57,572 nucleotides of DNA from an uncultured Hyphomonadaceae bacterium (GCA_964429935.1 CAYSED010000005.1:1-57572), one strand, 5' to 3'. Numbered from the stretch's first letter, positions 26,932-35,232 are shown. Program-made: numbers and translations. The notes: generated from the sequence alone by a model not told the origin.

Positions 26932-27252
26932 ATGTCCCGTCCTTCCGATGCCGAGATTGAACACGCCATCCGGACCGTCGCCTCCCTGATAGACCGGTTC
27001 GGCGATGCCTACTGGCCGGTGCTCGACATGCTGGAGGCTGAACTTGCTGCGCGCCGCGCCAGGGCCGGAAAGCTCGCTGCCTGGCTCGGGAACAGTTCGC
27101 TGCGAGAGCCATCAGGCCGAATGGCAGGGCCTGCCATTCGGCCACGTCCAGCCTCCTTGCCTGTGTCCGGGCGCGTCAAGGGTCGCGTTCGCGACCGCAC
27201 GGCGGCCCGGCCCTTGACCCGCCCGGACACAGGCGACACGCAACGCGGCTAG
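26932..27252 (+). CDS. Hypothetical protein of the integration module (3' part uncertain, reads through palindromes)
   Basis: MSRPSDAEIEHAIRTVASLIDRFGDAYWPVLDMLEAELAARRARAGKL looks protein-like. The C-terminal third is encoded by inverted repeats that translate similarly on both strands. Confidence 0.3.
   Translation: MSRPSDAEIEHAIRTVASLIDRFGDAYWPVLDMLEAELAARRARAGKLAAWLGNSSLREPSGRMAGPAIRPRPASLPVSGRVKGRVRDRTAARPLTRPDTGDTQRG
27115..27143. repeat. Perfect 29-nt palindrome GGCCGAATGGCAGG-G-CCTGCCATTCGGCC
   Basis: 14-nt arms read directly from the sequence. Confidence 0.8.
27160..27233. repeat. Large inverted repeat (23-nt arms, 22/23 complementary, 28-nt spacer)
   Basis: CCTGTGTCCGGGCGCGTCAAGGG (27160-27182) against CCCTTGACCCGCCCGGACACAGG (27211-27233). 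Confidence 0.8.
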
Positions 27253-27359
27253 GCCTCCTCGCTCACGCCGGTCGGCTGTCGCCGACGGCTCCGCGGGGGC
27301 GGCGCAGGCGCGCCGGGCGACGTTTGTCGCCTGTCGCGCGTCTGCGGCAGACAGAAGCG

Positions 27360-28496
27360 CTAAGCGAACATATCCTTCGGGAACGGGTGCGCAATCTTGA
27401 GCAGTTCGTCGCGTCGCCAGGCAAGCGAGCCGCCATCGCCATAGGCAGGCCGGTTCGTCGCATGGCCCATCAGCAGGCAGCGCAGGCCATAGTCGAGCCC
27501 GGCCTCCAGCATGCGCTTCTCGAACGCGTGCCGGAACGAATAGATGACATGCCTGTCTGTCGGAAACAGGCCGCGATTGCGGAACGCCTTGACGAGGGAC
27601 TGGGAGAGAAGGTCGTTCCGGTCGCGATAATGCGGGAACCCGTTCCTTGCCCCTTTCATCGCTTCCAGCGACACCCCGACCAGCGGAATGTCGCGGATCG
27701 AGGATCCGGTCTTGATCTCGCGGCCCTTGTGCGGCCGGATGCGGATATGCGGCACGTCCGCATCAAGGCAGATATCGTCCGCCAGCAGGTTGGCAATCTC
27801 GCTCGGCCGACAGCCTGTCTCGATCAGGACATAGACGATGCGCCGGGCCTCGTCCTTGATGCCGGCCAGGGCGTCCGGCACGAGGATCTTGTCGCGCACC
27901 CAGGCATCCGGGAAGGGCGGCGTCTCGGCGAGGCTCGCTTCCCGGAACGAGAGATTGCGGAACGGGTTCGGGCGGTCCTCCTCGCCGATGTGCCGGAAAT
28001 ACTCGCGCAGGAGCTTCCGCAGGTTGCCAAGATCGCGATTGGCCGTGTTGGCCCCTCTTGCCGCAACGCCATTCTTCGGCTTCAGGCGACCGGCCCACCA
28101 ATTGTAGAATTCGAGTGCGTCCGCGCGGGTGATCGCCTCGACGGGCTTGTCGCCGACAAGCTCGATGAAATAGGCAATCGCCCGCTGCTTGGTCTTGCGC
28201 CAGAGCCGCTTCTGGTTCGGCGACTTGTTGAGAAGCTCGCCAATCGCGATCCGCTCGCAATAGGTCTCGAAGGCTTCCGAGAGGAGCGTGGCGGGCCGCT
28301 GCACGCCGCCGAGCAGGGCATCGGCTTCGGCCTTGACCGCTAGCCTTGCATCCCCGGTATCGACCCGCTCGACCGCGCTGATGCGCTTCATCACTTCCTC
28401 AAGGGCAATCAGCGCGGGAAACTCATCGGCTGGCGCATAGGAGAAGCCGCGCGAGACGGCCCGCGCGACGGCCGAGCGATAGCGCCGTTCGGCCAT
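27360..28496 (-). CDS. int: Tyrosine-type site-specific integrase
   Basis: 378 aa with ETGCRPSEIANL (catalytic Arg region), YSFRHAFEKRM and LLMGHATNRPAYGDGG (His/Tyr). It is adjacent to the tRNA-Gly 3' end. Confidence 0.9.
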   Translation of the reverse strand: MAERRYRSAVARAVSRGFSYAPADEFPALIALEEVMKRISAVERVDTGDARLAVKAEADALLGGVQRPATLLSEAFETYCERIAIGELLNKSPNQKRLWRKTKQRAIAYFIELVGDKPVEAITRADALEFYNWWAGRLKPKNGVAARGANTANRDLGNLRKLLREYFRHIGEEDRPNPFRNLSFREASLAETPPFPDAWVRDKILVPDALAGIKDEARRIVYVLIETGCRPSEIANLLADDICLDADVPHIRIRPHKGREIKTGSSIRDIPLVGVSLEAMKGARNGFPHYRDRNDLLSQSLVKAFRNRGLFPTDRHVIYSFRHAFEKRMLEAGLDYGLRCLLMGHATNRPAYGDGGSLAWRRDELLKIAHPFPKDMFA

Positions 28497-28681
28497 GGCC
28501 CTCGCCGAACCGGCCGCGTTTCTGCAGGTACCGGTCTTCGTTCCGCATCGCGCTCAGCTCCCCGCGCATCTGATGCCAATTGATACACGGAAAGTTACGC
28601 AAAACACGCACCCCAGCCAAGCTGGAGCGGTGTGGATAGTGGTTAAGCAACTGATTTAACAGGATAAAAGGCTCTGGGCCT

Positions 28682-28698
28682 CTGGAGCGGGTACACGG
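28682..28698. repeat. tRNA-proximal att direct repeat CTGGAGCGGGTACACGG
   Basis: Identical to 18682-18698. It covers the last 16 nt of tRNA-Gly plus 1 nt. Confidence 0.85.
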
Positions 28699-28756
28699 GA
28701 TCGAACCGAGATCGGTAGCTTGGAAGGCTACTGCATTACCATTATGCTATACCCGC
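28683..28756 (-). tRNA. glyT: tRNA-Gly (anticodon UCC)
   Basis: The reverse complement GCGGGTATAGCATAATGGTAATGCAGTAGCCTTCCAAGCTACCGATCTCGGTTCGATCCCGTGTACCCGCTCCA folds as a cloverleaf. Stems are acceptor 7 bp, D 4 bp and anticodon 5 bp, with loop CTTCCAA, T-loop TTCGATC and an encoded CCA. There is one U-U mismatch in the T stem. Confidence 0.9.
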
Positions 28757-29132
28757 CATCCGGCAGCCCCGCTAGATACGCGCCGCGCCCCGGCCATGCA
28801 AGGGGGAGGGGCGTTCGCGAGCCCGGAGCCAGTTTCCCCGTGATGCGTCACCCCCGATGAGCGCCAGCCATCTGGGGGCCCATCTCCCGCAACCTGAACC
28901 AGAGCACCCGTGGCCTAGTTCCGAGATAGGTCCCCAGACCGCTTCGCGGCCGGGGGTGACGAACGTTGGGTTAGGGAAAAGTGGTTAGCCTGCTGACCCA
29001 TCTCCTGATTGGCGGCTCACCGCGGCTTGATAGCGGGGCCCATCTCCGGAAGGTAACCTGTTGCCAGAAGCGTCATATTTACTGGCGCAGAGCCATCAGC
29101 CCGCAGAGCGGCATCCCATCGCGAAGCGGGGG

Positions 29133-29416
29133 ACATCAACAAAGTATCATTCACCGCGCAAATCGGTCCACCGGACCGATTTGTCGTCGGAGCACAGCCT
29201 TGAGCCCGTTTCATGCGAGCGCAGCGAGCGGAAACAAACCAGGAAAATCATTTTGCGCCGGATTTGATCCACCGGATCAAATCATTCGCTGGCGCGAAGC
29301 GGCTATGTGCAGCCTTGAGCCCCGTTCCATGTGAGCGGCATAGCCGCGATACGGGAACATCAAAGAATCATTCACCGCGAAAATCGGTCCACCGGACCGA
29401 TTTTCGGTCGGTGAAT
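29133..29416. repeat. Three related hairpin modules with conserved TCC-ACC-GGA apex plus two copies of CAGCCTTGAGCCC(C)GTT(T/C)CATG(C/T)GAGCG
   Basis: Hairpins at 29160-29182, 29261-29283 and 29381-29403; the last extends to 29370-29416. The second motif occurs at 29195-29221 and 29310-29338. Confidence 0.8.
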
Positions 29417-29500
29417 GGTGGAGGGGACAGGATTCGAACCTGTGTACGCTATGCGGGCAGATTTACAGTCTGCTGCCTTTAACCACTCGGCCACCCCTCC
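29416..29500 (-). tRNA. tyrU: tRNA-Tyr (anticodon GUA)
   Basis: The reverse complement is GGAGGGGTGGCCGAGTGGTTAAAGGCAGCAGACTGTAAATCTGCCCGCATAGCGTACACAGGTTCGAATCCTGTCCCCTCCACCA. It is 85 nt with a long variable arm, anticodon loop CTGTAAA and an encoded CCA. Confidence 0.92.
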
Positions 29501-29538
29501 AGGTCGCCATTTCATGCAACGCCATTTGACGCCGTGGG

Positions 29539-30390
29539 ATGTCCCCGCCTAAACGGCATGTCGAAGAGCCGGTCCAGACAGTCGGAGCACGCCTTATAGT
29601 GACCAAGCCAGGCCCACGCAAGCGCCCAACTGGACGCGCCGGACACCGGCCCGGACAGCGCCCGCCCGCCCGGCCGGATCGCGCCGACGGCGGCCCGGTC
29701 TGGCTCTGGGGCAGCCATGCCGTGGAGGCCGCGCTCGCCAATCCGGCGCGCGTGCGCCATCGCCTCGTCGCCACCGGCAATGCCGCCCGCCGCCTCGGCC
29801 TCGCGGCCCATGAGGACATCGCCCCGGCCGAGCTTGACCGCCTCCTGCCGCCGGGCGCGGTGCACCAGGGCCTCGCGCTCCTTGCCGATCCCCTGCCGGA
29901 AACCCCGCTGGAAGACCTTGTCGCCGCCCGTCCGGCGCGCCTTGCCGTGCTCGACCAGATCGCCGACCCGCACAATCTCGGGGCGATCTACCGCTCCGCC
30001 GCCGCGTTCGGCATTGGCGGCCTCGTCCTGCAGACGCGCCATTCCCCGCCGGTCACGGGCATCGTCGCCAAGGCCGCCGTCGGCGCGGTCGAGCGCGTCG
30101 CCGAGACCCGCGTCGTCAACATTGCCCGCGCGCTCGAAACGCTCGCCGAGGCCGGCTATCTCGTCATCGGCTTGGCCGGGTCCGGCGTCATGACGCTTGC
30201 CGAGGCGGTCCGCGACGCCCGCCCGCTCGCCTTCGTGTTCGGGGCCGAAGGGGCCGGGCTCCGTCCCGCCGTCGAGAAGGCCTGCACGGTGACGGCGCGC
30301 ATCCCCATCTCGCCCGGCACGGAGAGCCTCAATGTTTCAAACGCGGCGGCGATTGCCTTCTACGAAGCCGTAAGGGATCATGGTCCCTGA
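29539..30390 (+). CDS. TrmH/SpoU-family RNA 2'-O-methyltransferase (RlmB-like)
   Basis: LDQIADPHNLGAIYRSAAAFG, FVFGAEGAGLR and IPISPGTESLNVSNAAAIAFYE, with a basic N-terminal extension. Confidence 0.8.
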   Translation: MSPPKRHVEEPVQTVGARLIVTKPGPRKRPTGRAGHRPGQRPPARPDRADGGPVWLWGSHAVEAALANPARVRHRLVATGNAARRLGLAAHEDIAPAELDRLLPPGAVHQGLALLADPLPETPLEDLVAARPARLAVLDQIADPHNLGAIYRSAAAFGIGGLVLQTRHSPPVTGIVAKAAVGAVERVAETRVVNIARALETLAEAGYLVIGLAGSGVMTLAEAVRDARPLAFVFGAEGAGLRPAVEKACTVTARIPISPGTESLNVSNAAAIAFYEAVRDHGP

Positions 30391-30457
30391 TGCCACGGAT
30401 GTACGGCGCGGGCGGCCCCAGGGACCTCGCACCGGGATGAAATGGGAGGGACCCCCG

Positions 30458-31303
30458 ATGATCCGCTTTCTGTCTGTCATTCTGCTCCTCGCCGGGCTCG
30501 CCGCGGCCGGCTGGGGAGCTCTTCAGATGGCCCGCGCCCCGGCCGGTGATCTCGAGGTCGGCGAGGCGGTGATCGTTCCCGGCCTGCCGGACGCCGCCAT
30601 CGAGAGCGAGGCCCTGCCCGAGGCCCGCATGGCCGAACCGGCCGCCGCGAGCGAGCCGGGCTTCGCCTTTGACGGGCCGGCCAGTTCGCCTGCCGAAGGC
30701 GAGGCGGCCGGGTCCGGCATTGCCGCGCCGGAGCCGCACGGGCTGTTCTCGGCCGAAGCCATGCCCCCGCCACCGGCCCCGCGCCCGAGCCTTGCCGACA
30801 CGCTCCGCCTCGTGCCCATCGCCTACGAGACGCCGGAAGCGGCCCGCTTCGGCGAGGCGTTCGATGTCACCCTCTCGATCGACGGCACCGGCAATGCCGA
30901 AATCACCGCCGCCGGGGCCCTGCCGGGCGAGGCGCGCATCATCGAGGCGGAAGCGGCCGTCTCCGAACGGGTCAAGGCAAGCCTGCTCGGTTCGGCCTTC
31001 GAGATCGCGTCGCTGTCGCCGGACACCCAGCTCGTCTCGCCCGCAACGCCGAATGTCTGGCGCTGGCGAGTGACGCCGCAAGAAGTCGGCGAGCATCGGC
31101 TGATTGTCGAGATCTTCGCCATGGAGAACGGCGAGGCCCTTCCCGTGAAGACTTTCACGGGCAGCGTCATGGTCTCCATCTCGCGCCTCCGGCAGGCGAT
31201 CAGCATCGCGACCGAAGCCAATCCCATCGCCATGGTCCTCGGCGGCATCGGCTCGGCCCTCGCCGGCCTCCTCGGCGTCTTCCGGGTGTTCCGGGGGCGG
31301 TAG
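30458..31303 (+). CDS. Hypothetical membrane protein (N- and C-terminal TM helices, Ala/Pro-rich linker)
   Basis: GGGAGGGA lies upstream of ATG 30458 (MIRFLSVILLLAGLAAAGWG). The C-terminus has NPIAMVLGGIGSALAGLLGVF. I recognise no family. Confidence 0.5.
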   Translation: MIRFLSVILLLAGLAAAGWGALQMARAPAGDLEVGEAVIVPGLPDAAIESEALPEARMAEPAAASEPGFAFDGPASSPAEGEAAGSGIAAPEPHGLFSAEAMPPPPAPRPSLADTLRLVPIAYETPEAARFGEAFDVTLSIDGTGNAEITAAGALPGEARIIEAEAAVSERVKASLLGSAFEIASLSPDTQLVSPATPNVWRWRVTPQEVGEHRLIVEIFAMENGEALPVKTFTGSVMVSISRLRQAISIATEANPIAMVLGGIGSALAGLLGVFRVFRGR

Positions 31304-31334
31304 GGGGAGAGACAAGGCCCAGGACCTGGCGTGT

Positions 31335-31404
31335 CCCCGCGACTTGATCGCGGGGCCCATCTCCCAGATGGCTTGTTGATGGACCCCGCGATCAAGTCGC
31401 GGGG
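31335..31404. repeat. REP-like composite palindrome between convergent genes
   Basis: CCCCGCGACTTGATCGCGGGG (31335-31355) and its inverted copy CCCCGCGATCAAGTCGCGGGG (31384-31404) flank CCCATCTCCCAGATGG. Related copies occur at 28874-28888 and 29017-29047. Confidence 0.75.
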
Positions 31405-31454
31405 AAACGCCCCATTTGGAGATCTGCTCGCAATTAGGGCAAACCGGACCCGGC

Positions 31455-33188
31455 TCAGGCCCGTGCGGCGGCTTCCAGCGCGGCATCGACCAGAAGATAG
31501 GCCGACAGGCGCGGCGAGGCCGGGCGGCCGGACCGGCTCGTCTCGGCGAGCGCCTTCAGGGCGTCGTCCTCCTCGGCGATGACAAAGCGCTGGGCGAGGC
31601 GCAACAGGGCGTCATCCTTGCGCAGCCGCGTCGCCACGCGGTCCACCTCGCTGCCCGCTGCCTCGCGAATGGCCGAGCGTCGCGAGCCTTCGTCCTTGCG
31701 GGCAGCGGCGGCGATGCGCTTCTTGTCCTTCGGGCGGAAGGCGGTCGGCAGGGCAATGCCGGAATCCTGCAGGCGCGCGATCAGCTGTTCGGCAGTCGCT
31801 TCTCGGGGCAGGGCGGCCGGCTCGCGGCCGGGGCCCTGTTCGTCCTCGATGTCGGCGATGATGTCCCGCCATTCGGACGATCCGGCCCGGGCAGGCGCGC
31901 GCGCGGGCTCGCTCGCTGGCCTGACGGCCGGCTCGCGGACAATGGCCGGGACGTCGCGTGTCGTGTCCGGCTCGAACAGGTCTTCGTCACCGGCCGTCTG
32001 TGCCGATGGCGGCGGCAGCGGAATGTCCCGGCGGGGCGCCGGCTGCAAGGGCAGGCTCGGTCCGCGACCGTTCGCGGCGGCATGGCCGTTCGCGCTGCCA
32101 TTCATCGGGGCACTCGCTGGAGCGGGGCGAGGGACCTGCGCCGAAGCGGGCGGCTTAGCGCCATTGGTGACGGGGGGAGCCGTCCGCGGGGCCACCGCCG
32201 TCCGGCCCGTTTCCTCGCGCAAGGCCCGTGTCGACTTCGTGATCTCGGCATTTGCCTCGCGGGCGCTGTCGAGTGCGGCCGACACGGCATCCTGCAGCGC
32301 CCGGCCGACGGCATTGGCCGACTCGACCGCCATGGCGCTTGCCCGTTCGGCCATTTCGACCGTCTTCTGCGACTGGTTCAGCTTGTCCTCGATGCGGCTC
32401 ACCGAGGCCCCGAGCGCCTCCGCCCGGATCATCGCGTCGCGCGCCACCGTTTCGAGGTCGCCGAGCCGGACCGCGAGCGTGCTGCCCGCATGCTTCATCT
32501 GGTGGAGCCGCTTCTCGAGCGCGAGGTCGGCCTCGGCAATGTCTTCGCCCGCCTTCTTCGCCGCTTCCGCCATGGCTCCGGCCTGGCGCGGGATCGCGTC
32601 GGTCATCAGGCGGGTCTGCTGGTCGAGGCTCTTGGCGAGCTGTTCGAGCGCGATGCGTTCCTCGGTCAGCCGCCGGGTCAGTTCGCGGGCATTGTCGGCC
32701 ATGGCATAGCTGACGGACTCCGCCCGCAGGCGCTCGTTCTCGAGCCCCGCACTCGCCTTGGCCATGGCGGCGAGCGTCTCGGCGAGCGTGCGGTTGACAA
32801 GTTCGGTGCTCTGCAGGGCCGTGTCGGCGACGCGGGCGAGCTCGTCGCGCGCCGTTTCCGCCGGGGCGAGGAGGCGCGCCGAAGCCTGCAGCACAAGTTC
32901 GTTCGCCGCCGTCGCCCTGGCGCTCTGGCGGGCCATGACGCCGCCCATGCCCATCAGCAGCCCGGGCAGGAAGATGAACACGCCGACCGCCACGACGAGC
33001 GCCGCCGGCTGCGCGGCAAGGCTCTCCCAGCCGATCAGGCCGAACACGCCGCCGCTCGCCCCGCCCCACCAGATCAGCGCAGCGGCCAGTCCCGCCCACG
33101 CCATCCAGCCGCCGAGCGTGCGGGCCGCATCAAGCCGGTCTCGCAGCTCTGCGGCCTGGCGCTCGGAAGGAAGGGTGTCTCTAGACAT
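31455..33188 (-). CDS. Membrane-anchored coiled-coil protein, conserved hypothetical
   Basis: Start at ATG 33188 (MSRDTLPSE). It has two TM segments (WMAWAGLAAALIWWG, AALVVAVGVFIFLPGLLMGMGGV), about 250 aa of heptad-like Ala/Glu/Leu/Arg sequence, a Pro-rich linker and a charged C-terminal domain. Confidence 0.6.
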   Translation of the reverse strand: MSRDTLPSERQAAELRDRLDAARTLGGWMAWAGLAAALIWWGGASGGVFGLIGWESLAAQPAALVVAVGVFIFLPGLLMGMGGVMARQSARATAANELVLQASARLLAPAETARDELARVADTALQSTELVNRTLAETLAAMAKASAGLENERLRAESVSYAMADNARELTRRLTEERIALEQLAKSLDQQTRLMTDAIPRQAGAMAEAAKKAGEDIAEADLALEKRLHQMKHAGSTLAVRLGDLETVARDAMIRAEALGASVSRIEDKLNQSQKTVEMAERASAMAVESANAVGRALQDAVSAALDSAREANAEITKSTRALREETGRTAVAPRTAPPVTNGAKPPASAQVPRPAPASAPMNGSANGHAAANGRGPSLPLQPAPRRDIPLPPPSAQTAGDEDLFEPDTTRDVPAIVREPAVRPASEPARAPARAGSSEWRDIIADIEDEQGPGREPAALPREATAEQLIARLQDSGIALPTAFRPKDKKRIAAAARKDEGSRRSAIREAAGSEVDRVATRLRKDDALLRLAQRFVIAEEDDALKALAETSRSGRPASPRLSAYLLVDAALEAAARA

Positions 33189-33262
33189 GGCGTCCACCAT
33201 TGCAGGCTTCGCGCCAGAAGCGAATGCCAAACTGCAAGGACAGGGACCGCCCGGATGCGCCG

Positions 33263-33403
33263 CTAGAACAGGCGAACGGACTCGACAGGTTCCTGTGACG
33301 GGGGTGCATCCTTCTGGCGGTCGCTCGGCAGGATTTCCATCCCGATCCAGGCAAGAATGACCGCAAGGAAGAAGTTTCTGATTGCAACGATGATACCAAG
33401 CAT
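33263..33403 (-). CDS. Possible 46-aa single-TM peptide
   Basis: MLGIIVAIRNFFLAVILAWIGMEILPSDRQKDAPPSQEPVESVRLF sits directly upstream of the coiled-coil gene. It is speculative. Confidence 0.3.
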   Translation of the reverse strand: MLGIIVAIRNFFLAVILAWIGMEILPSDRQKDAPPSQEPVESVRLF

Positions 33404-33490
33404 GACCCGACCCGCTACCGGCAATGTCGTGGAAATAGCCGAAAAACGCTGCGCCTGCAATGTCGGGGCGCATTTTTCAGCATTGCTAAT

Positions 33491-33913
33491 GTGACAGAAT
33501 TCCCTGCCAATGGCGCCATGCACCAAGCCGATCCGGCCCCGCCCGAACCCGTCCTCGACCCGGACCGCCTGTCGGCCATGACCGGCGGCGATGCCGCGCT
33601 CGCCGCCGAGGTGATCGGCATTTTCCGCCAGCAGACCGCGATCTGGTCCCGCCTCCTCGATCCGCGCGAGCACCAGGCCCAATGGGCCGATGCGGCCCAT
33701 TCGCTGAAAGGCTCGGCCCTGTCGGTCGGCGCGCTGCGCCTCGCGGCCGCCTGCGCCGCTGCCGAGCGGACCGGTCGCGAGGACCGTGCCATCAGCCCGG
33801 CGGAAGCCTCGGTCAGGCTCTCCGCTGTCAAGGACGAGATCGGCCCGGCCATCGAGGCCGCCGCGCGGCTTGCCTATCAGCTCTCGCTGTCCGGCCGCTT
33901 CAGCCTGTCATAG
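33491..33913 (+). CDS. Hpt (histidine phosphotransfer) domain protein
   Basis: 140 aa with the phospho-His motif AAHSLKGSALSVGA. Start is GTG 33491 or ATG 33518. Confidence 0.7.
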   Translation: MTEFPANGAMHQADPAPPEPVLDPDRLSAMTGGDAALAAEVIGIFRQQTAIWSRLLDPREHQAQWADAAHSLKGSALSVGALRLAAACAAAERTGREDRAISPAEASVRLSAVKDEIGPAIEAAARLAYQLSLSGRFSLS

Positions 33914-34218
33914 GCGCCGAACTCATAGGCGATGCAGCGGTCGATCAGCGTCCGCCAGACCGGCTCGGCGATCGCCGGCGACAGCCCGGCCTCTTCGGCG
34001 CTTTTCAGCACCTTGGCGACGACATCCTCGATCCGCGCCCGGTCATGCACGGCCGCGCGGGCACCCTTGATGCGGGCGGCGGCATCCATGAACGACTGCC
34101 GCTCGGCGATCAGGCGCACGAGCGCCCTGTCAAGCCGGTCGATCTCGCGGCGCACGTCGGCCATGGTCCGGGCGGTCTCGCTGGTGTGGCGGCGGGGTTC
34201 GGTCAGGTCGTCGGCCAT
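33877..34218 (-). CDS. Chorismate mutase (AroQ class)
   Basis: VRREIDRLDRALVRLIAERQSFMDAAARIK. ATG 34218 (MADDL), with TTG 34233 as the alternative. The 3' end overlaps the Hpt gene by 37 nt. Confidence 0.78.
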   Translation of the reverse strand: MADDLTEPRRHTSETARTMADVRREIDRLDRALVRLIAERQSFMDAAARIKGARAAVHDRARIEDVVAKVLKSAEEAGLSPAIAEPVWRTLIDRCIAYEFGAYDRLKRPDSES

Positions 34219-34304
34219 AAGGGGGCGATCCAAATCAACAGGCTGAAGGACGCATTAGACAATCCGGCCCGGCTTGCAAACGGGGCGCAGTGTCACGCAC
34301 CGTT

Positions 34305-35117
34305 TCACCCTGCAAAGGCCTTCTCGATCACGAACTGGGCGGGCGAGGCATTCGAGCCCTCGACGAGCCCGGCATCGAGCAGGCGCTGTTTTGTGTCCGA
34401 TATCATCTCCATCGACCCGCAGATCATCGCCCGGTCGGTTTCCGGGTCGAGCCTCGGCACGCCGAGCTTGTCGAACAGCTCGCCCGTATCGATCAGCGTC
34501 GTGATCCGCCCGCCCTGCACATAGGCTTCCCGGGTGCAGGAGGTGAAATGGCGCAATTGCGCGCTCGCTTCCTCGCCCACTAACGGATCGGCCTTGGCGG
34601 CCGCGACGGTCTCGAGACTGTAGTCGAGTTCGGCGACATCGCGGCAGGTATGCGTGACGATCACCTCGTCGAACCGGGCATAGGTCTCCGGATCGCGGAT
34701 GAGGCTCGCGAACGGCGCAAAGCCCGTTCCGGTCGAGAACATGTAGAGCCGCTTGCCGCCGACAAGGGCATCGAGCACCAGCGTTCCGGTCGGCTTCCTG
34801 CCGAGCAGAACCCGGTCGCCCGGCCGGATGTCCTGCAGGCGGGAGGTCAGCGGCCCGTCCGGCACCTTGATCGAGTAGAACTCAAGCTCCTCGTCCCAGG
34901 CGGGCGACGCCACCGAATAGGCGCGCAGCAGCGGCCGCCCGTCTTCCTTCGGCAAGCCGATCATGACGAACTCGCCCGAGCGGAAGCGGAACGTTGCTGG
35001 CCGCGCAATCCGGAAAGCGAACAGCCGGTCCGTGTAGTGCTTGACCGACAGGACTTCCTGCTCGGAGGGCGCGTTCGGATTGATCTTCTCGGCAGGGACG
35101 CTGGCCGCTTGTGACAT
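34305..35117 (-). CDS. fpr: Ferredoxin-NADP+ reductase
   Basis: 270 aa with RAYSVAS (FAD-binding RxYS), LYMFSTGTGFAPF and a C-terminal FVIEKAF. Confidence 0.9.
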   Translation of the reverse strand: MSQAASVPAEKINPNAPSEQEVLSVKHYTDRLFAFRIARPATFRFRSGEFVMIGLPKEDGRPLLRAYSVASPAWDEELEFYSIKVPDGPLTSRLQDIRPGDRVLLGRKPTGTLVLDALVGGKRLYMFSTGTGFAPFASLIRDPETYARFDEVIVTHTCRDVAELDYSLETVAAAKADPLVGEEASAQLRHFTSCTREAYVQGGRITTLIDTGELFDKLGVPRLDPETDRAMICGSMEMISDTKQRLLDAGLVEGSNASPAQFVIEKAFAG

Positions 35118-35232
35118 GTGGACGTTCTCTCGTCAGGGGGAAGGCTGTTGCCCACCGCACATGCCTTCAATCTGGCCCGATCTCAAGGCGGGTCACGCGC
35201 ATTTTAGTTTTGCTAATGCGTCGCGGGCGCGC

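Larger units (their letters stand above)
18682..28698. mobile_element. Integrative genomic island at tRNA-Gly(UCC): low-GC bacteriocin/T1SS cargo plus a GC-rich RHH/integrase module
   Basis: It is bounded by 17-bp perfect direct repeats, with a tyrosine integrase adjacent to the tRNA copy. Composition shifts sharply: the 60-nt line at 22861 has 25 G+C, against 44 G+C in the line at 13441. Confidence 0.8.

Noticed and set aside
28981-29482. ORFs of 65-117 aa across the tRNA spacer, and 31331-31582
   Set aside because: They are encoded by palindromic repeats that translate similarly on both strands (SPRLDRG, GPAIKSRG). I treat them as repeat artefacts, not genes.
31416-33266. 616-aa plus-strand ORF
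   Set aside because: It is antisense to the coiled-coil membrane protein. Its Arg/Gly-rich translation has no motifs, whereas the minus-strand frame shows TM helices and heptad-like sequence.
33877-33913. 37-nt overlap of the convergent Hpt and chorismate mutase genes
   Set aside because: Both ORFs have family motifs well inside their bodies. The overlap may simply reflect real 3' overlap or a slightly shorter Hpt product, and I saw nothing further of interest.
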